Notes: generated from the letters alone by a model not told the origin. Shown: positions 37,886-52,086, counted from the whole stretch's first letter. The stretch: DNA of 63,792 bases, filler included, from Octopus bimaculoides (GCF_001194135.2; 6 parts of 6 records of this genome joined end to end with filler, not necessarily neighbours in it); one strand, 5' to 3'. Program-made: numbers and translations.

Positions 37886-37924
37886 TATATATGTGTGTGT
37901 GTATGTGTAACAATACATACACAC

Positions 37925-38150
37925 ATCATCATCATCATTTAATGTCCATTGTTCATGTTGGCATGGACTGGACGGTTTGACCAGAGCTGCACCATGCTCG
38001 AGTTTGACTTGGTATGGTTTCTATAGCTGGATGCCCTTCCTCACACCAATCACTTTACAGAGTGTACTGGGTACTTTTACAGGACACTGCACAAGTGTTT
38101 CCATATGGCACAGTCACAAGTGCTTTTTACATGGCACTGGTACAAGACTC
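37925..38150 (-). mobile_element. RTE-type 3' end
   Basis: (CAT)n...GCTGGATGCCCTTCC. Confidence 0.8.
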
Positions 38151-38810
38151 TTGCAGACCAATCCTCTACACCAGGGGGAACAGCCTTAACACTTCTGCTG
38201 CGGAAAACAGGTCTGCATTTTTAAGACTGAGTGTGGATGCAGATATAAATAAATAAAAAATTTGAAAGATAATCAAAAGTAGGTATCAAGTCAGAATAAA
38301 ACCTTTTCCCCATGTGAAGCTTTAATAAATTTAACAGTCAAAGAAGTAAAAGTCTCTTTTAATCCTAATGTATCCATGCGTTCACACTGGCAGAAGTTGT
38401 TTACAACTTTACAGTCATTGATTCTTGTTTCTCTTATTTAACAATGCTAGGATTTTTTTTAGGGATTATATTTTGTATTCTAGCATTGCTGCATCACTGA
38501 AGAATGGATATTTAGATTCCTTTGTTCTATATTTTTAGAATTACCATCTTTCAATTCCATCCAGGCTTTCATTGAAGTGCAGAGTAGCTTTTCGTTTTCT
38601 TTTTTATTAAATGAGAATGTGAAGTGTTAAATACCCCAAATAATAAGACAAGGAATTAGGCTTAATTTAAAATACACATACATATGTATGCACACACATA
38701 CATGCAAGCACACACATACATGCATGCACACACACACGCACATACACAAAGGCAGGTCGAAACAAAGCAATCCTTTGATGTACATTTGTATAAAGTCGAT
38801 GATTCACTCC

Positions 38811-38852
38811 TTGCTACTCAGAGTTTCTCGTTTGATGCAATCCTTCAGGCAA
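38811..38852 (-). ncRNA. Degenerate hammerhead relic
   Basis: UUGC CUGAAGG..GAAA CUCUGAG UA GCAA; stem III is identical to the 25681 copy. Confidence 0.45.
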
Positions 38853-38992
38853 CAACAAATATGAATATGCACACACACACACACACACACACGCACGCAT
38901 CATTTTTTTGCTTAAATCCTATGAAATAAAAGCATTATATATATATTGTATATATATATAAAAATTGTCTGTGTATTTATATACATATGTAC

Positions 38993-39035
<43 letters not shown>

Positions 39036-40107
39036 NNNNNNNNNNNNNNNNNNNNNNNNNNNNNNNNNNNNNNNNNNNNNNNNNNNNNNNNNNNNNNNNN
39101 NNNNNNNNNNNNNNNNNNNNNNNNNNNNNNNNNNNNNNNNNNNNNNNNNNNNNNNNNNNNNNNNNNNNNNNNNNNNNNNNNNNNNNNNNNNNNNNNNNNN
39201 NNNNNNNNNNNNNNNNNNNNNNNNNNNNNNNNNNNNNNNNNNNNNNNNNNNNNNNNNNNNNNNNNNNNNNNNNNNNNNNNNNNNNNNNNNNNNNNNNNNN
39301 NNNNNNNNNNNNNNNNNNNNNNNNNNNNNNNNNNNNNNNNNNNNNNNNNNNNNNNNNNNNNNNNNNNNNNNNNNNNNNNNNNNNNNNNNNNNNNNNNNNN
39401 NNNNNNNNNNNNNNNNNNNNNNNNNNNNNNNNNNNNNNNNNNNNNNNNNNNNNNNNNNNNNNNNNNNNNNNNNNNNNNNNNNNNNNNNNNNNNNNNNNNN
39501 NNNNNNNNNNNNNNNNNNNNNNNNNNNNNNNNNNNNNNNNNNNNNNNNNNNNNNNNNNNNNNNNNNNNNNNNNNNNNNNNNNNNNNNNNNNNNNNNNNNN
39601 NNNNNNNNNNNNNNNNNNNNNNNNNNNNNNNNNNNNNNNNNNNNNNNNNNNNNNNNNNNNNNNNNNNNNNNNNNNNNNNNNNNNNNNNNNNNNNNNNNNN
39701 NNNNNNNNNNNNNNNNNNNNNNTGAGATAAAATGCAGACATTGTAAATCTCACTCTCAAACTCACCTCCAGAAAAGCGAAAATAATCAAGAAAAGCATTA
39801 AAAAAAATGTTTATATTATCAAACTTTCAGGAAAATTACCCTTGACAGCATTTGAAAATAAAACTTGAATGTAATTAGAGCATTGCTTGATGAACTAAAG
39901 TAATTAGAAGAATTGCCTATAATCACATCAGCATAAATAAATAAATTTATATACATATATATACAAGAAATGAGGGCAGGGAATCATCAATTAATAATAG
40001 AATTAATAATTAACAATTTTGCCAAGTAGTTCAGTATGAAAAAAACCCTTATTTCTAGATTTTCAGTATGTTGGAGAAGCAACTCAATTGCTAATCCCTT
40101 ATATTTA

Positions 40108-40149
<42 letters not shown>

Positions 40150-40338
40150 TTACATATATACAAATATATGCATATGTATGTGGGTAGTATGAGTACAAAA
40201 TTGTATTAAATAATACAAATATACAGAAAAAAACTTTTCAGAATGATTCATCTTAGATTTCTCTGTTATTTTATCACACACACTCATACACTATATATAT
40301 ATGTATGTGTGTGTGTGTGTGTGTGTGCACGCGTACGC

Positions 40339-40377
<39 letters not shown>

Positions 40378-40387
40378 NNNNNNNNNN

Positions 40388-40427
<40 letters not shown>

Positions 40428-42667
40428 GTGTGAACATATGTACTCCCACACATATTTATATATGCATGAATACACACATGCACACACACACATATACACT
40501 GTTAATAGTTAACACTCATAAATAATAATTAAACCTGTTGAAACCATTTATTTTGAAAAAAGCTAACCTTCCTTTTGATATTACATGCGTTATAAATAAA
40601 TTTACACAAGTTTTAAAAATTTTTCTTTATTTTAATAAATTTTCTTTATTTTAATAAATTTTGACCAATGCATGAAAAAGTATGTTAAAATCATGATGAT
40701 AAAATTTATACACATTAGTCTTAGTACCTGCCAAAATTGACTGCATTTATTTCTATCTACATTCAATAATTCTGAATCTTTTTGCTTCATTACTCCATCT
40801 TTTTTCTTCTATTTGTCTTCTTTTCATTATCATTATTCTTTTCCCCCTCATTCCTTGCTTCTGTTTCTTTCTAAATTCACATTCTCTATTGTATAGCTCT
40901 GTATCCCTCCTTTCCACTTTTCTCTTGTTTGTGCCAACTCTTCTTCCCTCTCTAACTTTTTCTTCTATCCCTGTCTGTATTTCACTATCTGCTCACTTGA
41001 TTGCCTGTTTCACTTACTGCTGACTAATGGCTATTTCTGTCTGGTTGCCTCTTTCTCTATACAAATCTCTCACTTATTTATCTGACTTCATCTAACCCAC
41101 TGCTCTATGTTATACTTTCTTTCTATATCTTCCTTCTCTCTCAGCTCTGCTACTACTTCCTCTTTTCATGTTTCTATAATTTGACAGAAAGGGAGAAATC
41201 ATCAAACCAAAAAGAAGGCACATGATTTGACCCTTTATGATAATGATGTTTGTGTGAGTGTATGAAGTGGGGATTAATCATCATTTAAATGTTGCTTTTT
41301 ACTTTTCAACACTAATGGATGAGCTGAGTCCGTACTTTGCCATGTTTCCATTTATTGTGACCTTGCATAATGCTTGTCTCTATGAAATACAATGTTTTCA
41401 AATTTGATCTCATCAACTTTCTATGATATAACAAGTCTTCCACTATCATAGGCATGTTAAGACTGCTATAGAATGCTCAGCCACTTGTATGTAAATTCTA
41501 TGGGATAGTGAGTTCTGTTGTTGAAGCGGCAGGAATACTCATTGCATATAACATTTAAGGATGTGTGTGTGGTTGGAGGTATAGTCCGGATCCAACAGAA
41601 TTATGATTGAAGTTATTCTAGATGTGACTATTTCACAAATATACCACCACCAACATCATTACTATTTCTCTCCTCCTTCTCTCTCTCTCTTTATATGTAC
41701 TTCTCATTCTCCATTGTACTACTTAAGGATCATTAGAGCTTGTCCATGCTTTCAGTTTCATGATTTTTCATTTGTTAGAGCTTATAATATTTGTAGCGTC
41801 AAGCACAATTATTAACAATAAACACTATATAATTGACCTATTAATTAATGACTCGTAGGAACTACAAAGTATATCAAACACTTTATAAGTCAATACTGTA
41901 TTCTACTGTGTTAGCAGTGCTATTAAATCACTTGTTAAGGTTATCTTGATATAAGAACTGTAGAGATAACCTTAACACATGATATAATTAACTGATTGAA
42001 TGTGTGACACCACATAAGGTTGACTTTTAAAACATTTATGTGACACAGGAGGATGTTAAATGTGACAATACTTGTGATAATATTTGTTAATAATGTTGTA
42101 TTATAATAACAAAAAATAGTTGAATCTGTCTTTCTACAAGACGTTGCAGTTACTACTTGCTACTGTTGCTATAAATACTCTTATAAACTATCTCTACCTA
42201 GTGTCTACCTACCTGCAGATATATGTCAGTGAAACTTTTAGTAAATGAAAGTATGTTGACTTTCAGCTTTGGTTGTGCACACTGCAATTGAATTTACTAA
42301 TATTTTATGATTGTTGGTATTGGTATAAGATGTAGACTCCAGCCTGAAAAAACCTGAATAATGTGCTACCAACAGTTCATGAGTCTTTGCATCTTTTAAG
42401 TATTGATTGTTTGTCTTTGTGGAATATAAAGTTATATTTGAAGGAACTCCTGATTTTTATCTGAGATTCCTAGCAAATTGGTTTTCTTTCTTCTCCTTAG
42501 AATGTTTTGAAGTTACTTCCAAGTGCATTACCTATAATGACACCTTAACTGCTTAAAGAAAAGACTTTCATTCAACTGGTCTTTGAAGCCATAGCATAAC
42601 ACAAGCTTGTACTGCAGTCATTGATATATATATATGCGTGTGTGTAAAATCTCTTTAGAAATTGAAC

Positions 42668-42890
42668 TTAACCCTTTAACTTTCAGATTACTCTGTCAAA
42701 AGTAATGCTGATTTATTCACATTGTTTTGAATTGATTATGCATTATCTTGTACCTTCAAGATTTTGATGATGTGATTATTTTTAGAATGACATTGTAGGC
42801 TATGTGTGAGAGACTGGATCTAGTCAGATTGAACATAAAACAGGTAGATATTGGAATATTTGGATAGGATATGATCGGTTTAAATTGTGT
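42668..42890 (-). mobile_element. piggyBac-type MITE, one end intact (TTAA-CCCTTT)
   Basis: Reverse complement of 3426-3653. Confidence 0.7.
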
Positions 42891-43847
42891 AACTTCAAAC
42901 ATGTGGTTGATATAAATGCAAATAAAAATATATTTGTGTTTCATTCATAACAGAAGTCTCTTCTGCACATATATAATATATGAACCAGACTACTTGAAGA
43001 CAAAACTCTAGCTTTGACGTCAGCTGTAGATCAGGCTCATGCACTTTAGAAATGGCTATGAAAGATTCTCAGACATGATTCTAGAAAACTGTGCAGTAGT
43101 CTCCATTGAAGTAGCTGGAGAATAATTCTTGACTTTTCAATCAAACTTTTCAAAGATATTATTCTTTTCTCACAGTTATCTTATCACAGTCACAAGTATT
43201 ATTGCTGTGGGAATTTTTCATAGGATCACATTGGACGTCTCACCTGTGATACTATTTGTTTCATCATCATCATTAATCTCTGGACATTACTGTTTTGAGC
43301 CTTAGGACTTGTAGGACTGGTTACCCAGTCTCTATGGTGTATAAGTGACCAAGATCACAACATTCCTCCTGGATGGGATGTCAGTCTGTTGCAGGGTTAC
43401 TCATTTACAGCTGAGTGGACTGCAACAACGTAAAATGAAGTGTTTTGCTCAACAACACAATGCACCACCTGGTTTGGGAACTGAAACCATGATCTTCAGA
43501 TCATTAGTGTAACACCCTGTCCATTAGGCAATGTACCTTCACTACTGTTTGTTTCAAGTATAAAAAAAGGTACACTAGCACCTTGAAAGAACTAGTAGGT
43601 ATTTGTGTACTCCTAGATACATCTACTTGCATCAAGGAATCACTTTTCATGTCTTTCAAACAGAAGTCTTTCTTGTATGATGAGGATGTCCAAACTAGCT
43701 TCTCAACCTCATACCGCACAATCATCAGAAATAGATAGTTTGAGCATTATACTGATATCTTCTGGAAAACTATGACACTAGCCTTAGAATCTAAAAATCT
43801 TAATTCCCTGCATGGAGAATCTCCATGGCACCTTAAATTTAATGCAA

Positions 43848-44130
43848 GCAGTTCTGTGTCACAGTATGGTAACAGATACATCAACACTGATAGTACCTTA
43901 TATGATCAGTTCTGTGTTACAATATGATACATTTGATGTGATCAGTTCTGTTACATTATGATAGTATTTGATATGATTAGTTCTGTGTTACAACATAATA
44001 GTATTTGATGTCATCAGTTTGTGTAACAGTATGGTGATTGATACATCTGTTCTGTGTCACAGTAGAATAGTAGATATTAAAGCAGTTATGTGTTGGAAGA
44101 GAACAAAAACTGATTATTCAGTTGTGTCTC
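43848..44130. repeat. Degenerate ~36-bp minisatellite, ~7 units
   Basis: CAGTTCTGTGTTACAATATGATAGTATTTGATGTGAT-like units. Confidence 0.85.
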
Positions 44131-44924
44131 AATAGAATATGTTACACTCAACAATATGGTAACCAACAAAATAGATGTACATTACAACATTATGGTCATT
44201 CTGTCATAAGAATATAGTAACTGAAGATGCGTTTATGTGTTGTTATTGTTTAGTTCAAGATCTTTCTTGATTCCAGCCATTGTTATTCAAATATAATGTA
44301 GCTAGGTCTCTATTATCTAAAGTACCCCTTTTTAAAACTCAGTAAGTGTGAGTTGAAGGATATTTGACTGCTCTTTCTAGCAGGTCGAGTGATCCTCATA
44401 AAGTTTCACAGTTTGCTGAAGTCGGTGTATCACACAGCTTGTGGTAACTGAAGTAGATGTGTATCACAATAATGTGTTAGCATCATTTTAGTATCCACAT
44501 TTTTGTACTTGCATGGATGAATGGAGTTTATTGAGGTAGATTTTCTACAGTTGGATGCTCTTCCTGTTGCTAACCTTCACCTGTTTCTAAACACTGTAAT
44601 ATTTACCCATGGTCAGACATGTTTTCACAGAATATTGGAAATGAATGACACTGCTTATATAACAGCAACACTCATTTCGAACAATATCAAGTCAAGGTGC
44701 TACAAATATACATACACACACACACACACACACATATAAATATTGAACAATGAGAATGAGTGCTCAGTACTGCAATAGTGGATAAAAATTTTTTATTTGT
44801 GGATTAAGGCTACCATTGGTTTCATATTAAGGTAACCCTTAACAGTTGTGAAGCCTATCAGATAGAACATCAGTGTTTGTCTCCATTTTGAATTTAATCC
44901 CAAACAGCGATGAACACAAATAAA

Positions 44925-44965
<41 letters not shown>

Positions 44966-44966
<1 letters not shown>

Positions 44967-46665
44967 CAGTTGAATGACCTGGCATTGCCAGGGTTACTGC
45001 TGTTCTTATTCAGATTAGTAAACAGTAAATATAAAGATAGATTCTCATAATTATTTCAAAATATCTATATTTTATTAAAAAATATCCAAACTGTAATAAT
45101 GATAATAGAATTTCAAACTAAAAATCTGTCAATGTTGAAGCATCTCAGGGTAAACAATATTCATTGTGTAATTTTTTGTTGGTGCTGAAATGAATAAATT
45201 GTTGCTGCTTCCAACTCGCAAGCAAGCAACATAGAGTTGGCCATGGTAGAAGCATCAAGTGCAACTACTTTGAGGGATTGACTCTGAGGACTACCTGTTA
45301 TGATTGTTGCCTGTAGGACATGGGGCTTCATGGAAGTAACAATTAAGCAAGTTCTATTACACAGGTGAGATGGGTCAACGTAACTGAGCACCCAGTTTTA
45401 GTGTCAAGTTATGCGGTGGCACCCCAGTGGGTTTAAATGTGTTCAGAAATTCAACAGGGTATTGAACAACCTGATCTTGATCGACTGCTGTCAGTTGATT
45501 GAAAAGTCATTTCTGATGTATCTGTTAACTTTTGAAGAAGTTCATGATTGAGTTTATCAACCATTTCATAAGTTGGAGCTAGTGTAACTGTTTCACATAG
45601 TTAGTTTACATCAGTTGTAATTGACAGATGAATTAGGAACTACTTTATTCATAAGATTCCTAAGAGAAAGTATCATTTGACCACATGTAATTTCATGTAG
45701 CCAAAGTCTTGAGTTGAAGGTTAATAATCCCATTATCAATCTTAAGAAGCTCGTATGATCACCTTGTAGAAGTACTCTGATGTTGCTTGTAAGATGAAGT
45801 TATTTCAAGTCTCCAAAGGTACGATTGTTTGAAGCATGCATTGACCTCATCAGCTTTTGATCCTTGGGGGGATAACTGGCAACGTTTGACAAAAATCTTC
45901 TGCAAGAAGAACTGTTACTTCTCCCATGAGCGTGCTATAGTTTTTTTATGTCTTGGAGTACCTCTAGAGCTCCACAATGTGATAGTGCACTCATCCCAAA
46001 CAATGAGGTAAGTTTGATGGAGACTTGTTGCCATTGCTGAGTGTTTGGAAATGTTGCACATTTGAGATTCTTTCATTGCAAGGTTTAGAGGGAACTTGAA
46101 CATGGAATGAGCAGTTCTTCCTCCATTGAGGAGGGTAGTTGCAATACCAGAAGATGCAACACTGGAAGAAGGTTAAATTTTATTTCCTGCCATTTAGGAT
46201 TGCAGGTGAAAGTGACAAAGAGATCTGGTTTTCCATATGTCCTGACATATGTCATAGCATCTTGTGTTCGTTTGTGCATATATCGAGGACTACCTGTGAA
46301 TGATGATTGGAGGATTATAAGTTGCCCTATGTTTTGAATATTAACATCTGTCCTCAGAGTATCTTGGTGATGAACATAATTTCCAGCCCTTAACTTTGTT
46401 TGATTGTTACAAATGTAGTGGAGATGCTCACTCACAACTTTAGCATACATGTCAACCAAGTATTGCTGAAATAGATCACGATACATGTATAATTGATTTG
46501 ATTGTTCTGGTCTTAACATCAGCTGGTAAGAATAGAAGTCATTGATGACACCCTTTTGTTTGTAATTGGCTCTCCTGTTGCAGGTTCAATCTGTGGAGTA
46601 TTGAAATGATACCCATCTTGTCCATTCCACAGAATGAGAGGATACAACTAAACTAAACTCTTTCA
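44966..46665 (-). mobile_element. Helitron RepHel relic with intact 3' hairpin
   Basis: Rep: LFQQYLVDMYAK...GSPRYM...GKPDLFVTFTCNPKWQEI. Helicase: VASSGIATTLLNGGRTAHS, IVWDEC, DFCQTLPVIP, PPHNL, LCNRT. 3' hairpin CCCTGGCAATGCCAGG followed by CTGG|T. Confidence 0.92.
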
Positions 46666-47720
46666 AAATCAGCACGTTTCACTGTTGGGTGGTACAGTCA
46701 CATACATATACTAAGACAGACACATACAGACATACATTCACGCACACCTCAGGCCTATCTCCGTCCCTCTGTATGTCTGTTTGTCTTTAGATGTATGTGT
46801 GTATGTCAGTCATCACAAAAATGTTTGTATACTGACACACATACACTATCACACATACTTCTCAGTCTTTGGCCTAACATACGTAACAAACACACATAAG
46901 TATACACTTGCACAGACACACATACATGTGAACATATCATCTATACATATACAAGTACATAAAACATACACATAAATGTGACATTGTGGTGGTGGTGGTA
47001 TAAAATGTTATTTACAATAGTTGACTTAGAGAAAGATTATAATGTTAAATTTTTGTAATGCAGATATGTAAATGAAAATAAAGTTTATTTGGTAGCCAAA
47101 AGATTACTGAATCTTTTGATACCTCAGATGTCAAAATCAGCAACTCAGTTTTCGATTCCATAAGAAACATATGCACACACACAAACTCTCTTTTATATAT
47201 CAAGATTTGGAAGCATTGGGTGAATTGCACAGCTATTCTGCATTTGAGATTTATCTTATTCTTTTTTAAATTACATACGCAACAAACTTCTTTCAGTTTC
47301 CGTCTACCAGATTCAGTCACAAGACTTTGGTTGGCCTAGGGCTATAGTAGAAAACACTTACCCATGCATAGAACCATGTGGCTGGGAAGCTGACTGCCAT
47401 GTAATGATTGAAGTAATTGTGTGTCACTATAGGATGTGTCACAACAGGATGGTTATCTGATGCAGTAATTGCTTGTATCAAACTAGGATGTTTCATAACA
47501 GGATACATCCTATTTAGGAAATATTTCTTATTTGCCCTTAGAACAGGATGTTAACTTGTGGAGAAAGCTTTATTTATTTATTTTGTCATTTGTACATTAA
47601 TGTTTTAGTTTATTGAATCAGTTCAGCTTTCAGGAACAAAACACATGCACATATAAATATACACATAAGTATACACTTGCACAAACACACATACATGTGA
47701 ACATATCATCTATACATATA

Positions 47721-48103
47721 TTGTTGTTGTTGGCACTCCGTCGCTTACAACGTCAAGGGTTTCAGTTGATCCGATCAACGGAACAGCCTGCTCATGAAAT
47801 TAACGTGCAAGTGGCTGAGCACTCCACAGACAAGTGTACCCTTAACATAGTTCTCGGGGATATTCAGCGTGACACAGTGTGACAAGGCTGACCCATTGAA
47901 TTACAGGCATGACAGAAACAGGAAGTAAGAGAAAGTTGTGGTGGAAGAGTACAGCAGGGTTCGCCACCATCCCCTGCCGGAGCCTCATGGAACTTTAGGT
48001 GTTTTTGCTCAATAAACACTCACAACGCCTGGTCTGGGAATCGAAACCGCGATCCTATGACCTCGAGTCCGCTGTCCTAATCACTGGGCCATTGCGCCTC
48101 CAC
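47721..48103 (-). mobile_element. Full SINE (family C tail, alternative head) with 11-bp TSD CTATACATATA
   Basis: TSD at 47710-47720 and 48103-48113; tRNA-like head GTGGAGGCGCAATGGCCCAGTG...GGTTTCGATTCCC. Confidence 0.9.
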
Positions 48104-48169
48104 TATACATATATAAGTACGTAAAAACATACACATAGATACACACTTAAACACACATAAAGTATAATG

Positions 48170-48718
48170 TTGGCCTCAGTAGGATTTGAACTCAAAATCT
48201 AAGGGGCCAGAAGAAAAACAGCAAAGTATTTCTTCTGATGCCTTAATTCAGCTTATCTGCCATAATAATAATGGTTTCAAATTTTAGCACAAGGCCAGCA
48301 ACTTCAGGGAGGGGTAAGTCAATTAAGTAGACCCCAGTAGTCAACTGGTACTTATATCAACCCTGAAAGGATAAGTTGACCTTGGAATTGAACTCAGAAT
48401 GTAAAGACAAATGAAATCCTACTAAGCATTTTGCCCAGCATGTTAATGATTCTGCTAGCACACCGCCTTAAATAATGATAATCCTTTTTACTAAAGGCAC
48501 ATGACCTGAAATTTATGGATAGGGGACTAGTCTATTACATTGATCCCAGTGTTTCGCTGGTACATAATTTATTGACCTCGAAAGGATGAAAGGCAAAGTC
48601 AACCACGTCGGAATTTGAACTCAGAATGTGAAAATGGACAAAATACTATTAAGCATTTTGCCCAGTGTGCAAACAATTTTGCCCAGTGTGCAAACAATTT
48701 TGCCAGCTCACCGCCTTA
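48170..48718 (-). mobile_element. Three head-to-tail SINE A copies
   Basis: Units are separated by (AAT)n. A ~21-bp tandem duplication lies at 48657-48700. Confidence 0.8.
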
Positions 48719-51121
48719 ATAATAATAACAAAAACAACTACCATTGGCATGCAACACCCACGTTTCAGGAAATGTAGCTGTTTTACATACATTCTTTAAA
48801 AAAATTTTTTTTTTTTTGTACTATTTCATGTTAGTTTAGGTGGAGTGTTCTTTTTGTCTTTTTCTTTTGCAAATTGTTAGACATTTGTAAATTGCTGGAG
48901 CATGCATTTTCTGATGATTCAATAATTAAATGAAATAATTAACTTAACCTATCTGATGCATTATGTTAATTAGATGTTGTAATTTACATATATATATATT
49001 TCTATTCATGTTTTAATTTTGTTTTAAGGTAACACTAACAGAGTTCAGTTGTTTTGTATAGTATTCATTTATGAAATTTAGTTTAAGTGGATTGATGTTA
49101 CAATAGTGGGTTTTTTTTTTTAATATTTCATTACATTTTAATAAATAATAATTTTGTAAACTTAGATGTATTCTTATTATCAAAGCATGTGAATTTTATG
49201 GTTGGATGCTCTTACTACCATTAGCCAACTACTGAACCAGGAAATGGTTGCAGCACTTATATTTAGCTAGGCAAGTTGATTCAAATGAAGTAATGTGTAA
49301 TGATGGTGTTTTTTGTTCTTTTTTTAATTAGTTGTATTACTATTTATTCTTTTTATTTTATATCCTATTTGCTGAACAATAAGCATTGTTGGTTTCAAGT
49401 TTCCCACAAACCAATCACTATAGTTCACTGAATTTAATGATGGCATAGAGAGTGGCAGGGGATTGAGTGTGTGTGTGTAACTCACTCAGAACAAATATAC
49501 TCAAAATTTTTATCTGAAATTAGTTATTTTCTTTCTTCTTGCTGCTGTTTACATCTTACGGTGATATACTTTGGTGAAAGATATGCTATCTTCATCATCA
49601 TCTTTTTGTATGTTTTCCATGATAGCATGGGCTGCTAGGTTGACTGGTTTGACAAGATCTGACTAGTCAAATGACTATATTATGCTTCAGTGTCTGCTTT
49701 GACATAGTTCTTATGGTTGAATGCCTTCTAACGCCAGCCATTTTACACACACAACATATATGCATATATGTATGTGCAAACATGGTTCTGTAGTTAAGAA
49801 GTTCACTTTGCAACCGCAAAGTTTTAGGTTTAGTCTGACACTTTAGGCATGTGTCTCCTGCTATCTCTCCACCCTACCAGTTGACCAAAAGCTTTGTGAG
49901 TGGATCTGGAGAATAGAAGAAGCTCACATGAGTGTATGTTCATCCTTGTCTCAGTATTGTATCCTAATTATCAATTGTTACTGACATTTGTTTGCAAACT
50001 TTCGTGAAAACGTGTTTGACCATTATGTCGATCATGTTTGAAGGACAAGCGCAAATATTAATATGCGTGAAAATAGATGAGGGTTAGTGACAGGGAGAGT
50101 ATTTGGTTGTAGGAAAATCTGCCTTAACAGATTTTATGACCCATGCAAGCATGGAAAATTGGTGCAGTAAAATGATGATGATGATGTTGATAATATTGTG
50201 TTGCAAAATCTTTATCTTCCAAATTCCATTCACTAGACATTGATTAGCCAACCTGGGGCTATAAAAGAAAATGCTTGTCCAAAGCACCATGCATTGTGAT
50301 TGAACTTGAAACATCCTGGTTGCAAATCAAACAGATAAAACAACAAACCTATGCTTGAAAGCATTCCCAGGTTGGTGAATTCAATGTTGTTGATGTTCAG
50401 CTTGAACTATGTTCATTTATAAGACATTTAGATATTTGACTTTCAATGTACAATGATAGAGCTTACCAAATTAGGCATCTAGTGTGAGTACTACAGCAAT
50501 TGATATTTGTTTAATGTTTTAGTGCTAAACCTATACCTGCCTGACGTTCCCTTAGATGTTTCTCAATAATATAGTGAAATGTCATAAAAACTAAGACAAA
50601 CTCCATCCTAACTCTCCTTTTATGCAAGGATGCTTACAAGCTAACCAGAGAATCTTATATGGTGGTTTGACCTATTCTAGGTAGCAGCCAGATGTTCCTC
50701 AAATATCAGTTGACCACCAGGATGTCAAAGTTGTTTGACTTTGCAGGCTGGATTGCAGCATAAAGTACATCTTGCTGGTCGGATAGAGAAAATTATTCCT
50801 TAAAAAAAACAAAAAAAAACAAAAACAAAAAAACATGCTTAATGTAGGCCAAAATAAACGACTAAATGGTTGAATATACATTATAACTCTGAATGCATGC
50901 TAGTAATACATATTTAACAGATTTTTGTTTACAAAATTGAGTTGAGGATCAGATTAATCACTACTTTGGTTTGTATGTTTGACACACTCGATCTTCCATC
51001 AGAAGGGAGAACTCATAGGACAATGTAGTCCTAGGTTTACAGTTCCTCAAGAAAATGATGAGATGATCACAGCTAGAAAGTCATTGATCTGACGGATCAG
51101 GACTGACAGGGAACTTTAAAC

Positions 51122-52065
51122 AATGATAATAATAATAATATTTTCAAATTTTGGTTCAAGTCCAGCAAATTTAGGGGAGGAGTAGGTTGATTATATTGAA
51201 CCTGGTACTCATTTGTGACTTATTTTATTGACCCTGAAAGGATGTAAAGCAAAGTTGATGTTGGTGGAATTTGAACGCAGAACGTAAAGTTGGACAAAAT
51301 ACAGCTAAACATTTTGTCTGGATGCTAACCATTCTGCTAGCTCACCACCTTAACAATGATAGCAATAATCCTTTCTACTATAGGCACATGGCCTGAAATT
51401 GTGGGGGAGTGGGGCTAGATGATTACATCGACCCCAGTGTTTCTCTGGTACTTAATTTATCAACCCCGAAGGGATGAAAGGTAAAGTCGACATTGGTGGA
51501 ATTTAGACTCAGAATGTAGTGACTGGCGAAATACCTCTTAGCAGTTTGTCCAGTGTGCTAACGATTCTGCCAGCTTGCTGCTTTAATAATGATAGTAATA
51601 ATAATAATAATAATTCTTTCTAATTTTGGTACAATATTAATAATAATCCTTCCAACTGTATGCATAAAGCCTGAAATTTTGTGAGTGGAACTCAGTGCTC
51701 AACTGGGGCTTACTTTATTGATCCCAAAAGGGTGAAAGATAAAGTCAAATTCAATGGCAGAGGCAATTATAATAACTATAATTTTTTCTGCAATAGGCAC
51801 AAGGCCTGAAATTTTGGTGGAGGTGGGGCAAGATGATTACATTGATGGAATTTGAACCCAGAACATAAAAGCAGAAAAAATGCCACTAAGCACTCTGTCT
51901 AGTGTGTTAATGATCCTACCAGCTCACAGTCTTATCCTTTCTACTATAGGCACAAAACTTGAAATTTTGGTGGAAGGGAATAGTCAATTATGTCGACTCC
52001 AGTACTCAACTGGTACTTACTTCATTGACCCTGAGGATGAAATGCAAAACTGACCTCAGTGGCAT
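51122..52065 (-). mobile_element. Five to six head-to-tail SINE A copies or fragments
   Basis: Most units begin at an (AAT)n-like tract followed by CCTTTCTACTATAGGCAC or TTTCAAATTTTGG. Confidence 0.8.
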
Positions 52066-52086
52066 ATACTATAATAATATTAATAA

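Noticed and set aside
43848-44130. CRISPR-like array (the 126-bp array at 59220 was also considered)
   Set aside because: No constant repeat with unique spacers, no cas genes, and eukaryotic context.
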